Source: the human T2T-CHM13v2.0 reference genome, Homo sapiens. Taken from it: a stretch of DNA of 64,000 bases. Positions 12,019-23,791 of the stretch are shown here, piece by piece. Location: assembly GCF_009914755.1 (NCBI RefSeq), contig NC_060935.1; one strand, 5' to 3'. Both the position numbers and the translations under genes were made by a program. Every line of letters begins with the position of its first letter. Position 1 is the first letter of the stretch. The notes below the pieces were generated by a model. The model made no database searches. It was not told the DNA's origin and saw nothing but the letters and a program-made list of their open reading frames with translations.

Positions 12019-15000
12019 AGGGTATGGCCTGAAGCCTGAAGACTCGCCCCACCCACCACTGCCCAGCACCCAATGTCCTCCCGTGCCCCTCCCCGCTGTC
12101 CTCTTGGCCCCAGGGGAGAAGATGAGGCCATCAGAGATGGCCAGGAGAAGGGCCAGGGGAATAGAGCTATTTTTTTAACAAAACAAAATGAAGACAAAAA
12201 TATGGACTGATGTATCCTCGCCTGGACTCAGGGCAGGTGCCGTGGGTTCTCCAGAGACCCCAGCACCTGGCCCAGGATGCAGGCTGCTCTAGAGACCAAA
12301 GGAACACCAGGCCCAGCGCCCTCTTTGGTCCAGCCAGACCCTGGGCCCTCTCTCCTCACTGCACCAGGACCTGATGCCAAGAAAGTGAGGATTTAGGCAA
12401 CAAGGAGGCAAAAGCAAATCTCAGAGAAGTCATCAAAGCCCAGGGGCTGCACGGAGATTCAGCTGCCATGTCTTTGAGGACTCGGAACCCACAGCGCAAT
12501 CCCTGGTCCACTGGAGGATGGACTGTTCCCCCCTTCAGGCCGGGGCCAAGAGTGAGCTGCTAACACGGCATCCAAGAATGGCCCAGCTGGTAGGATCCTT
12601 GCTTTCCCCATCTGTTGGACCAAATAATCTCAAAGGCCCAGAGAGGACAGTGACCATCCACAGACACACAGCACAGGCGTGACAGTTCTGAAAAGAAGCT
12701 GAGTTGTCTCCAGGCTGCTGTCACTGCATCCAGGACTCTGTCAGCTCTGCTGCCCACATGCACCCCTGGCCTCAGCATCCCGGTTCCCCCAGACAAGAGA
12801 GGGCAAGTCAGCCAGGAACTGCCTCCTCCCTGCTCTACAGCTAAGAAAACACCATTCCATGACTTCCCACCGCGCCCTCGCTCCTACCTCCCCACACCTC
12901 TCTCTCAGTCCCCAGGAACACACAGAGGTGCACATCACATTCCCTTGTCCACACTGCCCGCCTCTCCCACATGCCACCCCCTTCCCTGTCCTTCCCCAAC
13001 TCCCCAGCTCCAAGAGTGGAAGAAATCCCCAAGATCATCTGGGTCTCCCTCTCCACACCCAGAACTGAGGCTTGGATATCTTCTTCAACATCCTTGCCAA
13101 GACTTCTCCACCCTCTTGCATACCTCCAGGGACAGAGAGCTTACTACCTCCCAAGGCAGCCTCCTGCCTTTGGACTGCTCTGACTTTAGCATCAGCTTAA
13201 TACACAGAAGAGGTTTCTGTTTTTCTGTGGCTCTGTCCATGGCATCCCACTTGCCCACTCTCCTTCCTGGAGTGTTGAGGTCACACATTGACTCCCCTGA
13301 GCCCTCTTCTCTCCAGGCTAAAGAATCCCGAAGGCATCGAGGCCATTTCTGCTGCAACAAGGTTTCCTGTCTCTTCACTGTCCGCACATTTCTTAGTATT
13401 CCCTCCAGGCTTGGGCAGGGAGACTCGCAGATGCACACCCACAAGTATTCAGTTCTCAAACTCTAGACGAGTGTTGGCAACTGGATTGCAAGATGCTCCT
13501 ACCCTGATAGATCAGGGGTGGCTGCTGGAGGCTGTGCTGGGGATCTGAGGTTTGGTCTGGGCTCAGTGGGAGATGGCAGTGCAATCCTGATGAGTGATGT
13601 CTGCCAGGCACCGTAAGTTTGATTAGTGATGTCTGCCACGGGCAGGGATGGAAGGAGCAGTGTGATGTCTGCTCTCTTCTCTCCCCTCTGTCCCTCTTCA
13701 GGAAGAAAGAGCTCATTCTGTCTCACAAGCCACCGGCATCCTGTATCAGCTTCCAGCCTCCCCTCAGGCTTTCCAGTCACCAGGGACACTCGGAGCCACA
13801 GCCTAGAGCCCCGTGTTCCCTGGCCTGTGCGTCTGCCCCCTTCTGAGATGCAGCCAGAAGCTCTGTGCCTGCTGCAAAGATTCAGGTGGACCCTCCTCTA
13901 ATCTCCTCCTGCTGTGCCCGCCAGTCCTTGCCCTCCCACCAGGTCTCTGAGCTCAGTCTTACCAAATTCGCCCTTTAACAGCTTGCTCTGGCAACCCCAT
14001 AAATGACACCTGAGCTCCGTAGAAGCTAAGCTCCTGAGACCCAGGGGGACCTGCCACTGGTACCGCGGCCCAGCCTGGGGCCTGGGGGCTGCCCCTCTTG
14101 AACCACCCACATGCTTAGCCCCAGCTTTTTGGAAGAGGCAAATGGCTGGTCTGAGGATGACACACAAAAACAAAAACAAAAAACAAAAAACCCATGCTGG
14201 GCAGGACTGAGGCAAATTGCACAGCTTTATGGCTCTAATCCAGGGGCATCCCAGGCTTCTGGGGCCCACAGAAGTCAGAGGGAGGACCCAAGAGAAAGGG
14301 CTGGTCATGAAGGGAAATCTGGCTAAGGTGGGTTCAAGGGCAGACACAAGACTGCCCCTCAGCAGCTTTCTACAAATGTGCCAAGGAACCCTCAATCAGC
14401 CCTGATTCAGCTCGCCAGCCAGCCACTGGCCACCCTCTTAGGCTGGAAAGGGAAGACAGGCAGTTTCTGCTCCTGTTGGCATTCGCTCAGGCTGGTAGCT
14501 ATTTGCAAGACTGCCTGAGGCCATTCCTTGGAGGCAAGGCAAAGAAAGCTCAGCCCAAATCAGGCTTGAGCCTCCCTCCAGAGCACAGGGAGAAACAGGG
14601 TTTAGCTGGCTTGGTCCAGATACAACCCACAGCAGGTTCTGGTGGTGGCTGGGGTTGTGGGGGAGGGGTGGGCAGGGATACCTCTTTGTTTCTTTTCACC
14701 CCGAAATACAACAGCCCATAACAGAGACTTCCTCGGACCCCACTAACAGGGCAAGGAACAAGAAGACTACACCGCTCATCACAAACCCTGCCTGTATCGA
14801 AAGCCACTTTCCTGCTCTGAAGCTACTGCCTCTTAGAGAAAGGGAATAGCTCTTTATGGGCTGGGGGTGAGGGCCCCTCCCCAGGGTCCCTGTTAATTTC
14901 TGGCCTTGGTGCTCAGGCCTGTCCACAGCCTCCCTTGTCTATGTCTCTATCCATGCTTAAGGGGCCCGGACAGGATTTCCCAAACCAGCCGAGGCCCCAG

Positions 15001-15270
15001 CACCCGCCGTCTCCCCAGAAGCCCCCTCCTCCTTCCCCCATGGGTCATATGTTGAAAGTCTATTTTAAAAACTATGTTCCTTGCCGTAGATTGCAGAGCT
15101 AATTTATCACGTTTCTCTCCTGTGAGACCCCCCTTTTATATGATATATCCAGAGGAAGTTTTGTAATATAAAACAGGACGCCCACACTGATGGTTTTGCA
15201 CTGGTTTTTGTGAATGTTTCTTACAAAAAGAAAAAGGAACAAAGAATAAATAGTGACCGTGAAGAAAGGT
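12019..15270 (+). other. TSPAN18: TSPAN18 3' UTR (end approximate)
   Basis: Runs from the stop codon to an AU-rich block with AATAAA at 15245. Confidence 0.8.
15245..15250 (+). terminator. TSPAN18: TSPAN18 polyadenylation signal AATAAA
   Basis: Canonical hexamer; TGTA upstream (15162-15165); G/T-rich sequence downstream. Confidence 0.8.
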
Positions 15271-16385
15271 GGTCTTGATTTGGGGTTGGGGATAGACTGG
15301 GGCGAGGCAGAAGCTTGACAAGAGGCTGCTGATGGCTGGAGGGAGCTGGGAGAAGAGGCGTTCCAGGTCACCCCAAACGGAGCGTAGAGCGGGCCCACAC
15401 CGAGCTTTCCTCGCTGGACTTAAGGGCCCCTGTCCCTCACCCCTCTGCCACTGCCTCCTTCCCAACTGTAAATCTCCTTGCCTTAGAGTCCCCCTGCCCT
15501 CCAAGCTGTACGTCTGTCTTCCAGATCTTACCTGACCTGCAGCCCCCTCCCTCACCCTCACCTGCAGGCTCCACTACAATTAGCTCTAACCAAGCCACCC
15601 AGTATTTTGTGAGCACAGCTGTGTGCCAGAGCCTGGACAGCCTCATGGGGTAAGGCCACGCCACCCTCCCATCCCACAGTTGAGTGTGGAAGACTGGATG
15701 TCTCAGGGCCAGCAGACGCCCGACACGCAGCCTCATTCCCCAGGTGGAATCCACCTGCAGTTATGGGAGGACAAACCAACCATCACTATTAGAGGATTAG
15801 GCCTGGCTCAGATGGGGGATTGAGGCTTCGGCCTGAGGGCACTGCCCATTGGCGGCACCACCTGTGGGCAGCAGCGGGAGGCAGTGGTGCCTGTGGGAGG
15901 CAGTAGTGGCTCGTGGCCAGACCAGGGCTCGGCAGCAGGGAGGCAGCTCTTTAGGGAGAGGCACAGGCTTAGGTAGCAAGAGACAGATGCCAGGAGAGGG
16001 GCCCTTCCTCAGGGTCCAGCCTCCCATTCTGCTCTGCCACGTTTACCAAGCAGAGTCTCGGGGCATCCGCTGTAACCATGGTGGTGCCACCACTCTGCTG
16101 GGTACAGGCCATGTTGCTGTATCTGGGTGCAGGGACAGCCAGGCACAGGGTGGACAGGGGTGAGGACCCCTGGCAGGGGCCCACCTGGCAGCAGCCAGAG
16201 CGGGCTGTACCTATAGACACCCTCCAGCCATCCCCCACTCTATGCCAGGATGGGAAGCGAGTCTGAGGCCTGGGGCTGCTTTTCTCCCTACACCTGTCCC
16301 CAGGGCTTGGGCTCGCCACTTCCGGTGTGTGCATCGGTGTGCTGGCAGGAGGGAGAAGGTTGGGATCAGGGACTAACGGGGTGTA

Positions 16386-16503
16386 CAGCACAGGCTGGTG
16401 GGCCCTCAGGGAGAAGCTGGGTGGTGGGTATGCAGCACAGGCTGGTGGGCCCTCAGGGAGAAGCTGGGCGGTGGGTATGCAGCACAGGCTGGTGGGCCCT
16501 CAG
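16386..16503. repeat. 47-bp minisatellite, ~2.5 copies, in the TP53I11 3' UTR
   Basis: cagcacaggctggtgggccctcag starts at 16386, 16433 and 16480. Confidence 0.93.
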
Positions 16504-17117
16504 AGGCAGGGCAGGGGCTGTTCGGCCCCAAGACAGCCAGTTGTCAGCCTTTGCCAGGGCGCTGGACAGGGCGGGGAAGATGAGGGGAGGTGGCCTGCTG
16601 AAATGTTTCTACTTATTTCCTGTGCTGAGTTGGAGGGCCACCTGATCCCACTCAGCCAGACCCTGGAGGCAGCCCGGGCTGCACGTGTGGGGGGCAGCTC
16701 ACCGGGAAGCAGGCAGGAGTGGGGGACAGGCTGAGCCCAGTGGCCATCAGGCCTTGGGGTACATGCCAAGGGGCAAGAGAGCGCTATGGCTTTCCTTCTG
16801 TTCCTCCTCTCCCAGCCCCACCACTTACAATGGTCTCCATTGGGGGCTGTGTGTCCCTTTGTCCGTGGGGCTGAACTCAGGCTGGTTGCAGGGAGGGGGC
16901 TCCCAGGGCATTCCAGTGTCCTAGGGTAGAGGCAGAGTGCCCTAGAGCAAGGTCCCAGGAGAGCTCATCTTGTCAGGCCAGGAGAGTGGGGACAGGACTT
17001 CTAGCTGGGAGAGGACTTCTAGCTGTGTGTGGCCCATTCTTGAAGAATGGCTGAAAGGGAGGTGCCATCTCAGGCAGCACACCCTGCCTGCATGCCCTTG
17101 GCTGGGCTATGAAGGCG

Positions 17118-17229
17118 CACGTGTGTGTGTTTGCTCACATCATGGGTGTATGTGTGTCTGTGTGTGTGTTCAGGGGTGTGTATGTGTGTGTGTTGTGTGT
17201 CTGTGTGTGTTTTCAGGGTGTGCATGTGG
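17118..17229. repeat. TG-rich low-complexity tract (CA-rich in TP53I11 mRNA)
   Basis: Direct read. Confidence 0.85.
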
Positions 17230-17742
17230 AGAGGGCCAGATTGAGGAGGAGGGGTACAGGGTTTTCCAGGATTAGAAGGAAGCCAAGTTTAGCTGCTTGG
17301 GCACTAGGTTGGCTGGGAGTGTAGGGAGAAGGATGGGGGGTGGTCACAGCCTCTCTCAAAAGCAAGAAGGGCTTCCTGGCAGAAGAGGCTGGACCCTCGA
17401 CTTAGCCCACTACCCTCATGACTCCAGCTTGACTTTAGTCAGTGTCTATTGAGGGGGTCTGGAGGCCAAGAGACCCAAGGAAAGGAGGTATCACTGTGAG
17501 GGTGAAGAACAGGGCAGCAGAGGCCCTGTCTCTCCCCAGACCAGCATGTCAAGCCTGAAAGCCCAGGAGATCACAGCACACGGGGTGCCCAGGAGGAAAG
17601 GAAGGCCCCCCACCCCCTGCCTCCCTGGGGCAGGACTGGGGCAGGGCAGGGGACCCTCCTGCCTTCCAGGAGCCAAAGGGAAGCCGAGGCCCCAGCGCCA
17701 CTCTGGCCCAGGCATGGGCAGGGCCCCAGGCCCAGCGGGCAA

Positions 17743-17876
17743 CTAGGCCTTCTTGGGTCTTCGGCCGACTTGGTAATAGTAGTAAATGCTGATGACGACA
17801 AAAAGGAGGCGGCTGACCAGGAGCAGCAGGATCCCCAGGGACATGAGGCCCGTCTCAGCTAGCGTGGCAGTGACCA
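17743..17876 (-). CDS. TP53I11: TP53I11 last coding exon ([44 protein letters not shown])
   Basis: Acceptor AG at 17878-17877; TAG at 17745-17743; 134 nt. The six exons sum to 570 nt = 189 aa plus stop. Confidence 0.96.
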
Positions 17877-18419
17877 CTGTGGGAGAGAGTCCAGCAAGGC
17901 CACAGGGTCAGAGGAGGGGATGTGTCCCAGCGCTGCCCCCCTAGCCCGGAGCGCTGGTGTGGCCGTCTCCCTGACTTTGCTCTGAGCCCAGGATCCTCCC
18001 AGGTGGGAAGCACAGGACCTGCCCCCTGCCCCTGCCAACCCCACAGATGTTTCTGCTCTGATGTCTCCCATGTGGCAGGAACTGGGGCACAGCAGGTGGG
18101 CAAAATTGAATGCGTGTTATTACACACGTGCTGGGTACAGTGGGCAGTGGGTGTGGGGGGGCCGCAGGTACATGTGTGTGCAAGGCCATAGATACAAGTG
18201 TGTGGATTTGGGAAGCTACAGGCACGTGTGTTAGGCATGTGTGCACAGGTGTGCAGGCACACAAGTAAACACAGCCAGGTGAGTCCTTATCCCTCTATCC
18301 CCTCCCTAGCCCCCCACAGACAGGTTTTCATCACTTCCCACACACCCAGGTGGCTAGAGCAGGCAGGTCAGGGGCGAAGCGGCCCATCAGCCTCCCTCAC
18401 TGCCCACCTCAGGACTCAC

Positions 18420-18521
18420 CCAAGAACTGGACCCCGAAATAGCAAGCTTCGGTGAGCAGGGTCCATCGAATGATGACCTTCTCAGCCGTGTAGAGAGCGT
18501 TCCACATGATCAGGGAGATGC
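18420..18521 (-). CDS. TP53I11: TP53I11 coding exon ([34 protein letters not shown])
   Basis: ccccag| ... |gtgagt on the - strand; 102 nt; frame consistent with neighbours. Confidence 0.96.
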
Positions 18522-19467
18522 CTGGGGCGGGGGATGAAAAGGGGGCTGGGGGTGGGACAGCTGACTCCCTCCCAGCAGGGCAGGAGGACTGCTCCTGCTT
18601 CCTCTGGCCACTGCTGCAAGACAGCTGGGGTCCTGGACTCCACGCCTCCGCCCCTATTCACATTTCTCAAATCAAAGCTGTCTGTCCCCGATCCTGTCCC
18701 CTCCAGACTCAATGCTGCTGCTTCAGCCTGCTCCTGTCATTCCAAGGCCCTATGTGACACTGGGCGAGTCACTTCCCCGCATTGAGACTCGATCTCTTTA
18801 TAAAGGGGGAGGACTGAGCCCCTGGCCCCTGCCCATGTCCGGTTCTGTCAGGAGGATGCTGTGTTCATGGAGTTCATGAGTTAATGGGTTACCTGGTCCT
18901 ATGATTGGGTTTTCTTTTACACGGACTCCCAGACAGAAAACCTGAGCCCGGTAAGGACTCGCTTTAAGGAAGTCCCCTGGGGGAGGGGGATGAACCATAC
19001 TTTTTAGCAGAAGACCACTGACTTGGCCTCTAGCAGGCCCCGCCCACCCAGTGTCTGCTGGTACCAGACATGCCACTGGGTGTGCATTTATTTTATTCCA
19101 GCAACCCTAACTCCAGAGGAGCTCAGCCTTTATTCTGTAGGCAATAGGGAGCCATAGAATATTTCGTAGAAATAGAGGCATATTACCTATGCTGAGCTTT
19201 AAAAATTGTAATTCCAAATCCTAACGTGTGCATCTCAGGTTAGAGAGGAAACAGAAGTGGTTCAAACAGAAGTGGCTCTGGGGATAAAATAGGGGGGGTG
19301 CGAGGGGTTTTGCAGACACTGAATTGATCTGCCTCTCCTCTAGGCTGTGAATTCCTAGAGGCTGGGCCTGGGCTTCCTCCATCTCTGTACCACAACGCCC
19401 AGAGGCAGTGCACACACTTATGAGCGCTCCTTGCAGATGGTGGCGACTGCAAGCTCCAACCCACTGG

Positions 19468-19500
19468 GTGTATTCCACCAATGGCCACAAGATGGCAGCA
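19468..19500 (+). promoter_or_regulatory. CTCF motif with upstream module; overlaps a YY1-like AAGATGGC
   Basis: GTGTATTCC-accaa-TGGCCACAAGATGGCAGCA. Confidence 0.65.
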
Positions 19501-19661
19501 CATCCCCAGCAGAGAGCTTCATCAGAGGCCGGGGTGTGGGCGCAGCATCTGGCCGAAGAAAGGAAGGGGTGCCCGGGCACGGACCCCCGTGCTCTCCTCA
19601 GCCCCGCTGGGTCTCCCAGCTGCCCGTCGCCTCCCCCAGGGCCCGCCCCAGCAGTACTCAC

Positions 19662-19758
19662 TGAGGAGGGCACCGCCGTAGAGGCGGATGGGGGTCTTGC
19701 TGGTCACCTGGGCTCCATCAAAGACCGCATCATAGAGCTGGTCAGGGAAGGCAAGCGC
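19662..19758 (-). CDS. TP53I11: TP53I11 coding exon ([32 protein letters not shown])
   Basis: cccgcag| ... |gtgagt; 97 nt. Confidence 0.96.
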
Positions 19759-20162
19759 CTGCGGGCAGCGAGAGGGGCTCAGAGGTCCCGCTTGGGAGAG
19801 GGTGGGGGGTGACAGCTGATGCTTCCCACAGACGTCTTCCTTCCCCGCCAGGAGCAGGATCAGCATCCTTGGGGGCAGTCCAGGGTCTGGACCCAATTGT
19901 CCCCACCCGCCCCCATGCCAGGACAGAAAACTCCAGGGTTCCTGGGAGAAGGAGTCAGGCCACAAACCATGGGATCTAGTGTGCTCCTGGAGAAGGCACA
20001 GGCGTGGCAGTGTAGGAGTCAGGTTCTCGGAGGCAGCCCCAGAGCCTGACAGATGGGCCCCTGCACGAGGGGCCAGGATGGAGGAGGCACCTCTGGTGAG
20101 CCAGAGAAGGGCTGAGGGAGCCACACGGGGCCAGATCTCAGGGGCTGGGGGTGGGGGCTCAC

Positions 20163-20211
20163 CATGATGGCAATGCCGGAGAAGAGCACAGCAGAGACGA
20201 ACTGCCAGACC
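20163..20211 (-). CDS. TP53I11: TP53I11 coding exon ([16 protein letters not shown])
   Basis: ctcccag| ... ATG|gtgagc; 49 nt. Confidence 0.95.
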
Positions 20212-20413
20212 CTGGGAGGCGTGGAAAGAAGATCACAGCCCTGCCCCAGGGGACCCTCCCCTCTCCAGCCCAGATCCCCAGGGATGGCAGCTTTGGGGAA
20301 GGTAATGAGACAAAATAAAATCCAGGGACCAGGCCAAATGAGGTGAGGTCTTATGCATTCTGCCCCACCGCCGCAGGCCTTCCCCTCCCCCAAAAAGTCA
20401 GGTAAATGCTCAC

Positions 20414-20472
20414 CTGAGCCCCAAAGGCTCCCGAATGGTAAACTTGATTTCATTGCCTAAGACCTGGCTGAT
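20414..20472 (-). CDS. TP53I11: TP53I11 coding exon (ISQVLGNEIKFTIREPLGLR)
   Basis: gtccacag| ... CAG|gtgagc; 59 nt. Confidence 0.95.
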
Positions 20473-20689
20473 CTGTGGACAGAGGGGGTCAGAGGCAACC
20501 AGGGTGAGGGCAGCTCTCAGTGCCCCCACTCGCTCATCCTCCCAGAGCCCTGCACACCCAGGGACCAGCCTGGGCACCTCAGCTTGGCCAAAGGTTCCCC
20601 CAGGTGGGGAGGGTCACATGAGGCCACCCCCTCTCCTGCTTCCCCTTGACACTAGGATTTAAAAGAAGCTGAAAATATGATGGTGACGT

Positions 20690-20905
20690 ATGAAAGCTCA
20701 GGGCTCTGCCAAATGCAGACTTGAAGCCTGGTCCTGCCACTTACCGGTGTGGCCTTGGGCAAGTTGCCTAACCTCTCTGAGCCTTTGTTTCCTCATCTAT
20801 AAAATGGGTGAATGATTTTACAGTATCTGCATCTTCTAGTGCCAACAAGAAGATTTAAAAAGCAACTGCTGGAAAACCGGGCACGTAATAGGCACTTAAT
20901 TCTAA
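20690..20905 (+). mobile_element. MIR
   Basis: gccttgggcaagttgcctaacctctctgagcctttgtttcctcatctataaaatggg core. Confidence 0.8.
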
Positions 20906-21065
20906 TGATCTCGTTATTCCCCTGGCATTGCTGTTACATTTCTAGGAAAATCAGCTAAGTCCTAGAACTCCTGCGGCTACCTGGGCCTGGGCTAACCTTC
21001 TCCCCTAATGGTGGGTCAGCCTGGCCTCCCCAGTGGGTGCCGGAGGCCCCTGCTCTGCACCCCAC

Positions 21066-21194
21066 CTTGGAGCGATGCACCTCCCCGTCGTCATCCTCCC
21101 CGCCCACGCCGAGGATCTTGCGGGTCTTCAGGCGGCTCACGAGGTCCGTCTGGCTGTGCTTCTTCATCAGAGGCGGGGGCTGCTTGGCCGCCAT
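21066..21194 (-). CDS. TP53I11: TP53I11 first coding exon ([43 protein letters not shown]); exon begins at 21225
   Basis: Good Kozak context gagaagATGG; acceptor ctctcctcag| 31 nt upstream of the ATG; donor AAG|gtgggg. Confidence 0.96.
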
Positions 21195-23115
21195 CTTCTC
21201 CTCCAGCCCGGCCTCTGCAGAAGGGCTGAGGAGAGACACCGGCCTCAGGCCACAGTTCCTACCCAGCTTCCAGACCCTAGGGGAAGGGGCCTGACTAGCG
21301 GAAGGCCACACCCCACACCAGGCCTGCTGAGGCCTCCCCACGAGCCCAGGGCAGTAGGGGGAGTACAGCTGGCTTCCTTGTCAAATGGGTTGAGGAAATG
21401 CTCTCCAGGCCCCTGAGGCTCTGGGAGCTGGTCTGCTGTAGGTGGACACAGCACACCCCATCTGACAGGTTGCATGGTGCCTTAGAGCCAGCCCTGGAGG
21501 CACAGGGCCCAGGAGAGGGCATTTGGGTCTGGATGGCGGCCACATCCAAGCTTCCTGGGGGGATGGGGAGGAAAGGAGCCTGGATTCATGGGGCAAATGA
21601 GGTTTAGAAAAGGGGAGGGTCTGTCCAAGCCTGGGGCAGGGGCTTCTGAGTTCTGGGGTTTGGGCCCCCACCAAACTTCTGCCCAATCCTGCAAGCCGGT
21701 GAGCCCCTCTCCCGTCTCCCTGCCACCCCCCTTCAAACCTGCCAAGACCAAAGAAGGGGAGGGGGTGCCCTCATACCCAGCAGAGCCAGAGAAGGCTGCC
21801 AGGGGTGTTGACGGGGACACTAAGGTGGTCTAGATTCCCTGCTCAGGCCTTGCCCTCCCGGCCATCAGCCCCCCACCAGCCCCTCCCGGCACCCCAGGTC
21901 TGCCCATGATCCTCCCCAGCCCCCCACTCCCCCACCGCCAGCAACATCTTGGACCAGGTTGGGAGCACCTACTGCGTGCCAGCCCCTGTGCTGGGCGACT
22001 GAGATGCAGAAAGAAGCTGAGTACCTGTCGCGTCCTCAGTCAGCCAAATCTATGCAGAGGAGACAGCAGTGTAAACGGGGTGAGGTGAAGCCTCAGAGGC
22101 TGGCTCCGGGGTGGCCCTGGCTTCTCTAATCACAGCTGCCCTGCAAGATGGGCGCTATTGACGGCCACGCTGCAAATGAGGAAACCAAGCTCCCGGGGTT
22201 TCAATGCCAACCAAGGTGAATAACGGTCGTGCCACTTCCTACCTCGGACCACTTCCAGAATCTCATTCCCACTTGCACCCACCCTCTGGCAAGGCAGAAA
22301 AGCCATCCCCATCTACAGACAGGGTCAGAAGCCACTGGGCCCTCTAGCAGGGGACCCTGCTGTCTCAGTGCCCTGTGGCCCCAGGCAAATCTCACCCTCC
22401 TGCCCCAGCCAGGGCTGCCAGAGGCAGAGTGCGGGAATGTCCCCGGGTCACCTCCCATTTTTGAGCCTCCTGGTGTCTTAAAATAAAGCACCCGAACAAA
22501 TATCAGAACACAGTTTCAAACTGTGGGGTCTGTGAATAATGTGGCTGTAGACCGGATCAACTAGGGAGGCAGTATACCATGTCGCATTGGGAAAAAAACT
22601 GCAAAAGTTGCTATTGGCGGTCTTTAGTGAGTGTGATGTCATTTCCAGGCCAAACTACCCTCCTACGCCCCCTGGCTTTAGTTCCTCATCCACAAAAAGG
22701 AGTGGATACGCCTTTCTCCTCCCCACACACAGGCCCCATGGTGAAAGGAGACAGCGGCGGGTGGTAACTGTGACGGCAGTCCCACACCCGGCACACAAGA
22801 GACTCCCGGTTAATGCTTCGGTGTGTGCCAGCCATCAGGACAGGAGGCCAACCCTACCCTGCCAGGGAAGCCAGGGCCTAACCTTTCATCACCCGGCTCC
22901 TGGAGGGCCCAGGACGCCGTCCTGACACCTCAGCTGCTAGCCACTGCCTTCTGGTGAACCCAGATAGAAGCTACAATTAGCCACGTCCCTCCCGTGGCCA
23001 GGCGAGGCTGCCCTGAAAGTCACTAAGCCACTGGTGAGAACCGGGTCCTTCACCTGTTCCTCAGCCAAGGATGTTGCCTGGCCCACGCCCTTCCTCTTCC
23101 AGCCTCCCCATGGCC

Positions 23116-23791
23116 TTTTATCTTTTAATACATACAGCAAAATTGATGGGCTTCAGTTGTGCAGTTATTTGAATGTTAGCACACGTATAGATTTTTGTAG
23201 CCACCAGCTCCAGATCAAGACAACGAGCAGTTCCATCACCCCAAAAACTCCCTGGCGCTGGCCACACCCTCCCCTCACTCCTCCACCCTGGCAACCACTG
23301 ATCTATTCTCTGACACTATGGCTTTTGTGTTTTCAAATATGCCATGTAAGTGGAATGATAAAGCGTAGAACCTTTTGAGGCTGGCTCCTGTCATTGAGCA
23401 GAATGCCTTTGAGATTCCTCCAAGTCACTGTGTGTATCAAGAGTCCGCTCCTTTTTATTGGAGAGCAGTATTCCCTGGGGTACGTGTAACAGCTTGTTTA
23501 TCCATTCGGTCACTGAAGGCCATGTGGGTTGTTTCCAGTTGTTGATGATTATGAATAGAGCTGCTACAAACCCGCGTTTCTGTGGGACCGTAAGTTTTCA
23601 TTTCTCTATGTAAATGCCAGGGGTGGAATTGCTGAGCTGTGTGGTACATCCCTGTTGGACTTTCAGAGAAAGCATCAAACTGTTTCCCAGAGCAGCCATG
23701 CCACTGCGTGTCCCTGGCAATGCAGTAGTGTTCCAGTTCCTCCACATCCTCACCAACACTCAGTAAGGTCGGTCTTTATTTCAGCCCTTCT
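23116..23791 (-). mobile_element. Old L1M (L1MB/ME-type) 3' fragment
   Basis: ccctggcaaccactgatct, tttatccattc...tgggttgtttccagtt, tccacatcctcaccaacact hallmarks. Confidence 0.85.

Larger units (their letters stand above)
15195..17742 (-). other. TP53I11: TP53I11 3' UTR (distal end approximate)
   Basis: Follows the TAG stop; by eye no canonical AATAAA on the - strand; variant AAGAAA at 15217-15222 in a U-rich context. Confidence 0.65.

Noticed and set aside
12945-13466. 173-aa ORF in the TSPAN18 3' UTR
   Set aside because: Non-ATG start, no splice context, no recognisable homology.
13586-13850. TGATGA (C-box-like) motif suggesting a C/D snoRNA, or a CRISPR-like repeat-spacer pattern
   Set aside because: No nearby D box with a terminal stem, and the site is exonic. 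Only three short imperfect repeats, no cas genes, mammalian DNA.
17743-17763. TP53I11 C-terminus RRPKKA as a dilysine ER-retrieval signal
   Set aside because: Lysines are at -3/-2, not the -3/-4 or -3/-5 of KKxx/KxKxx.
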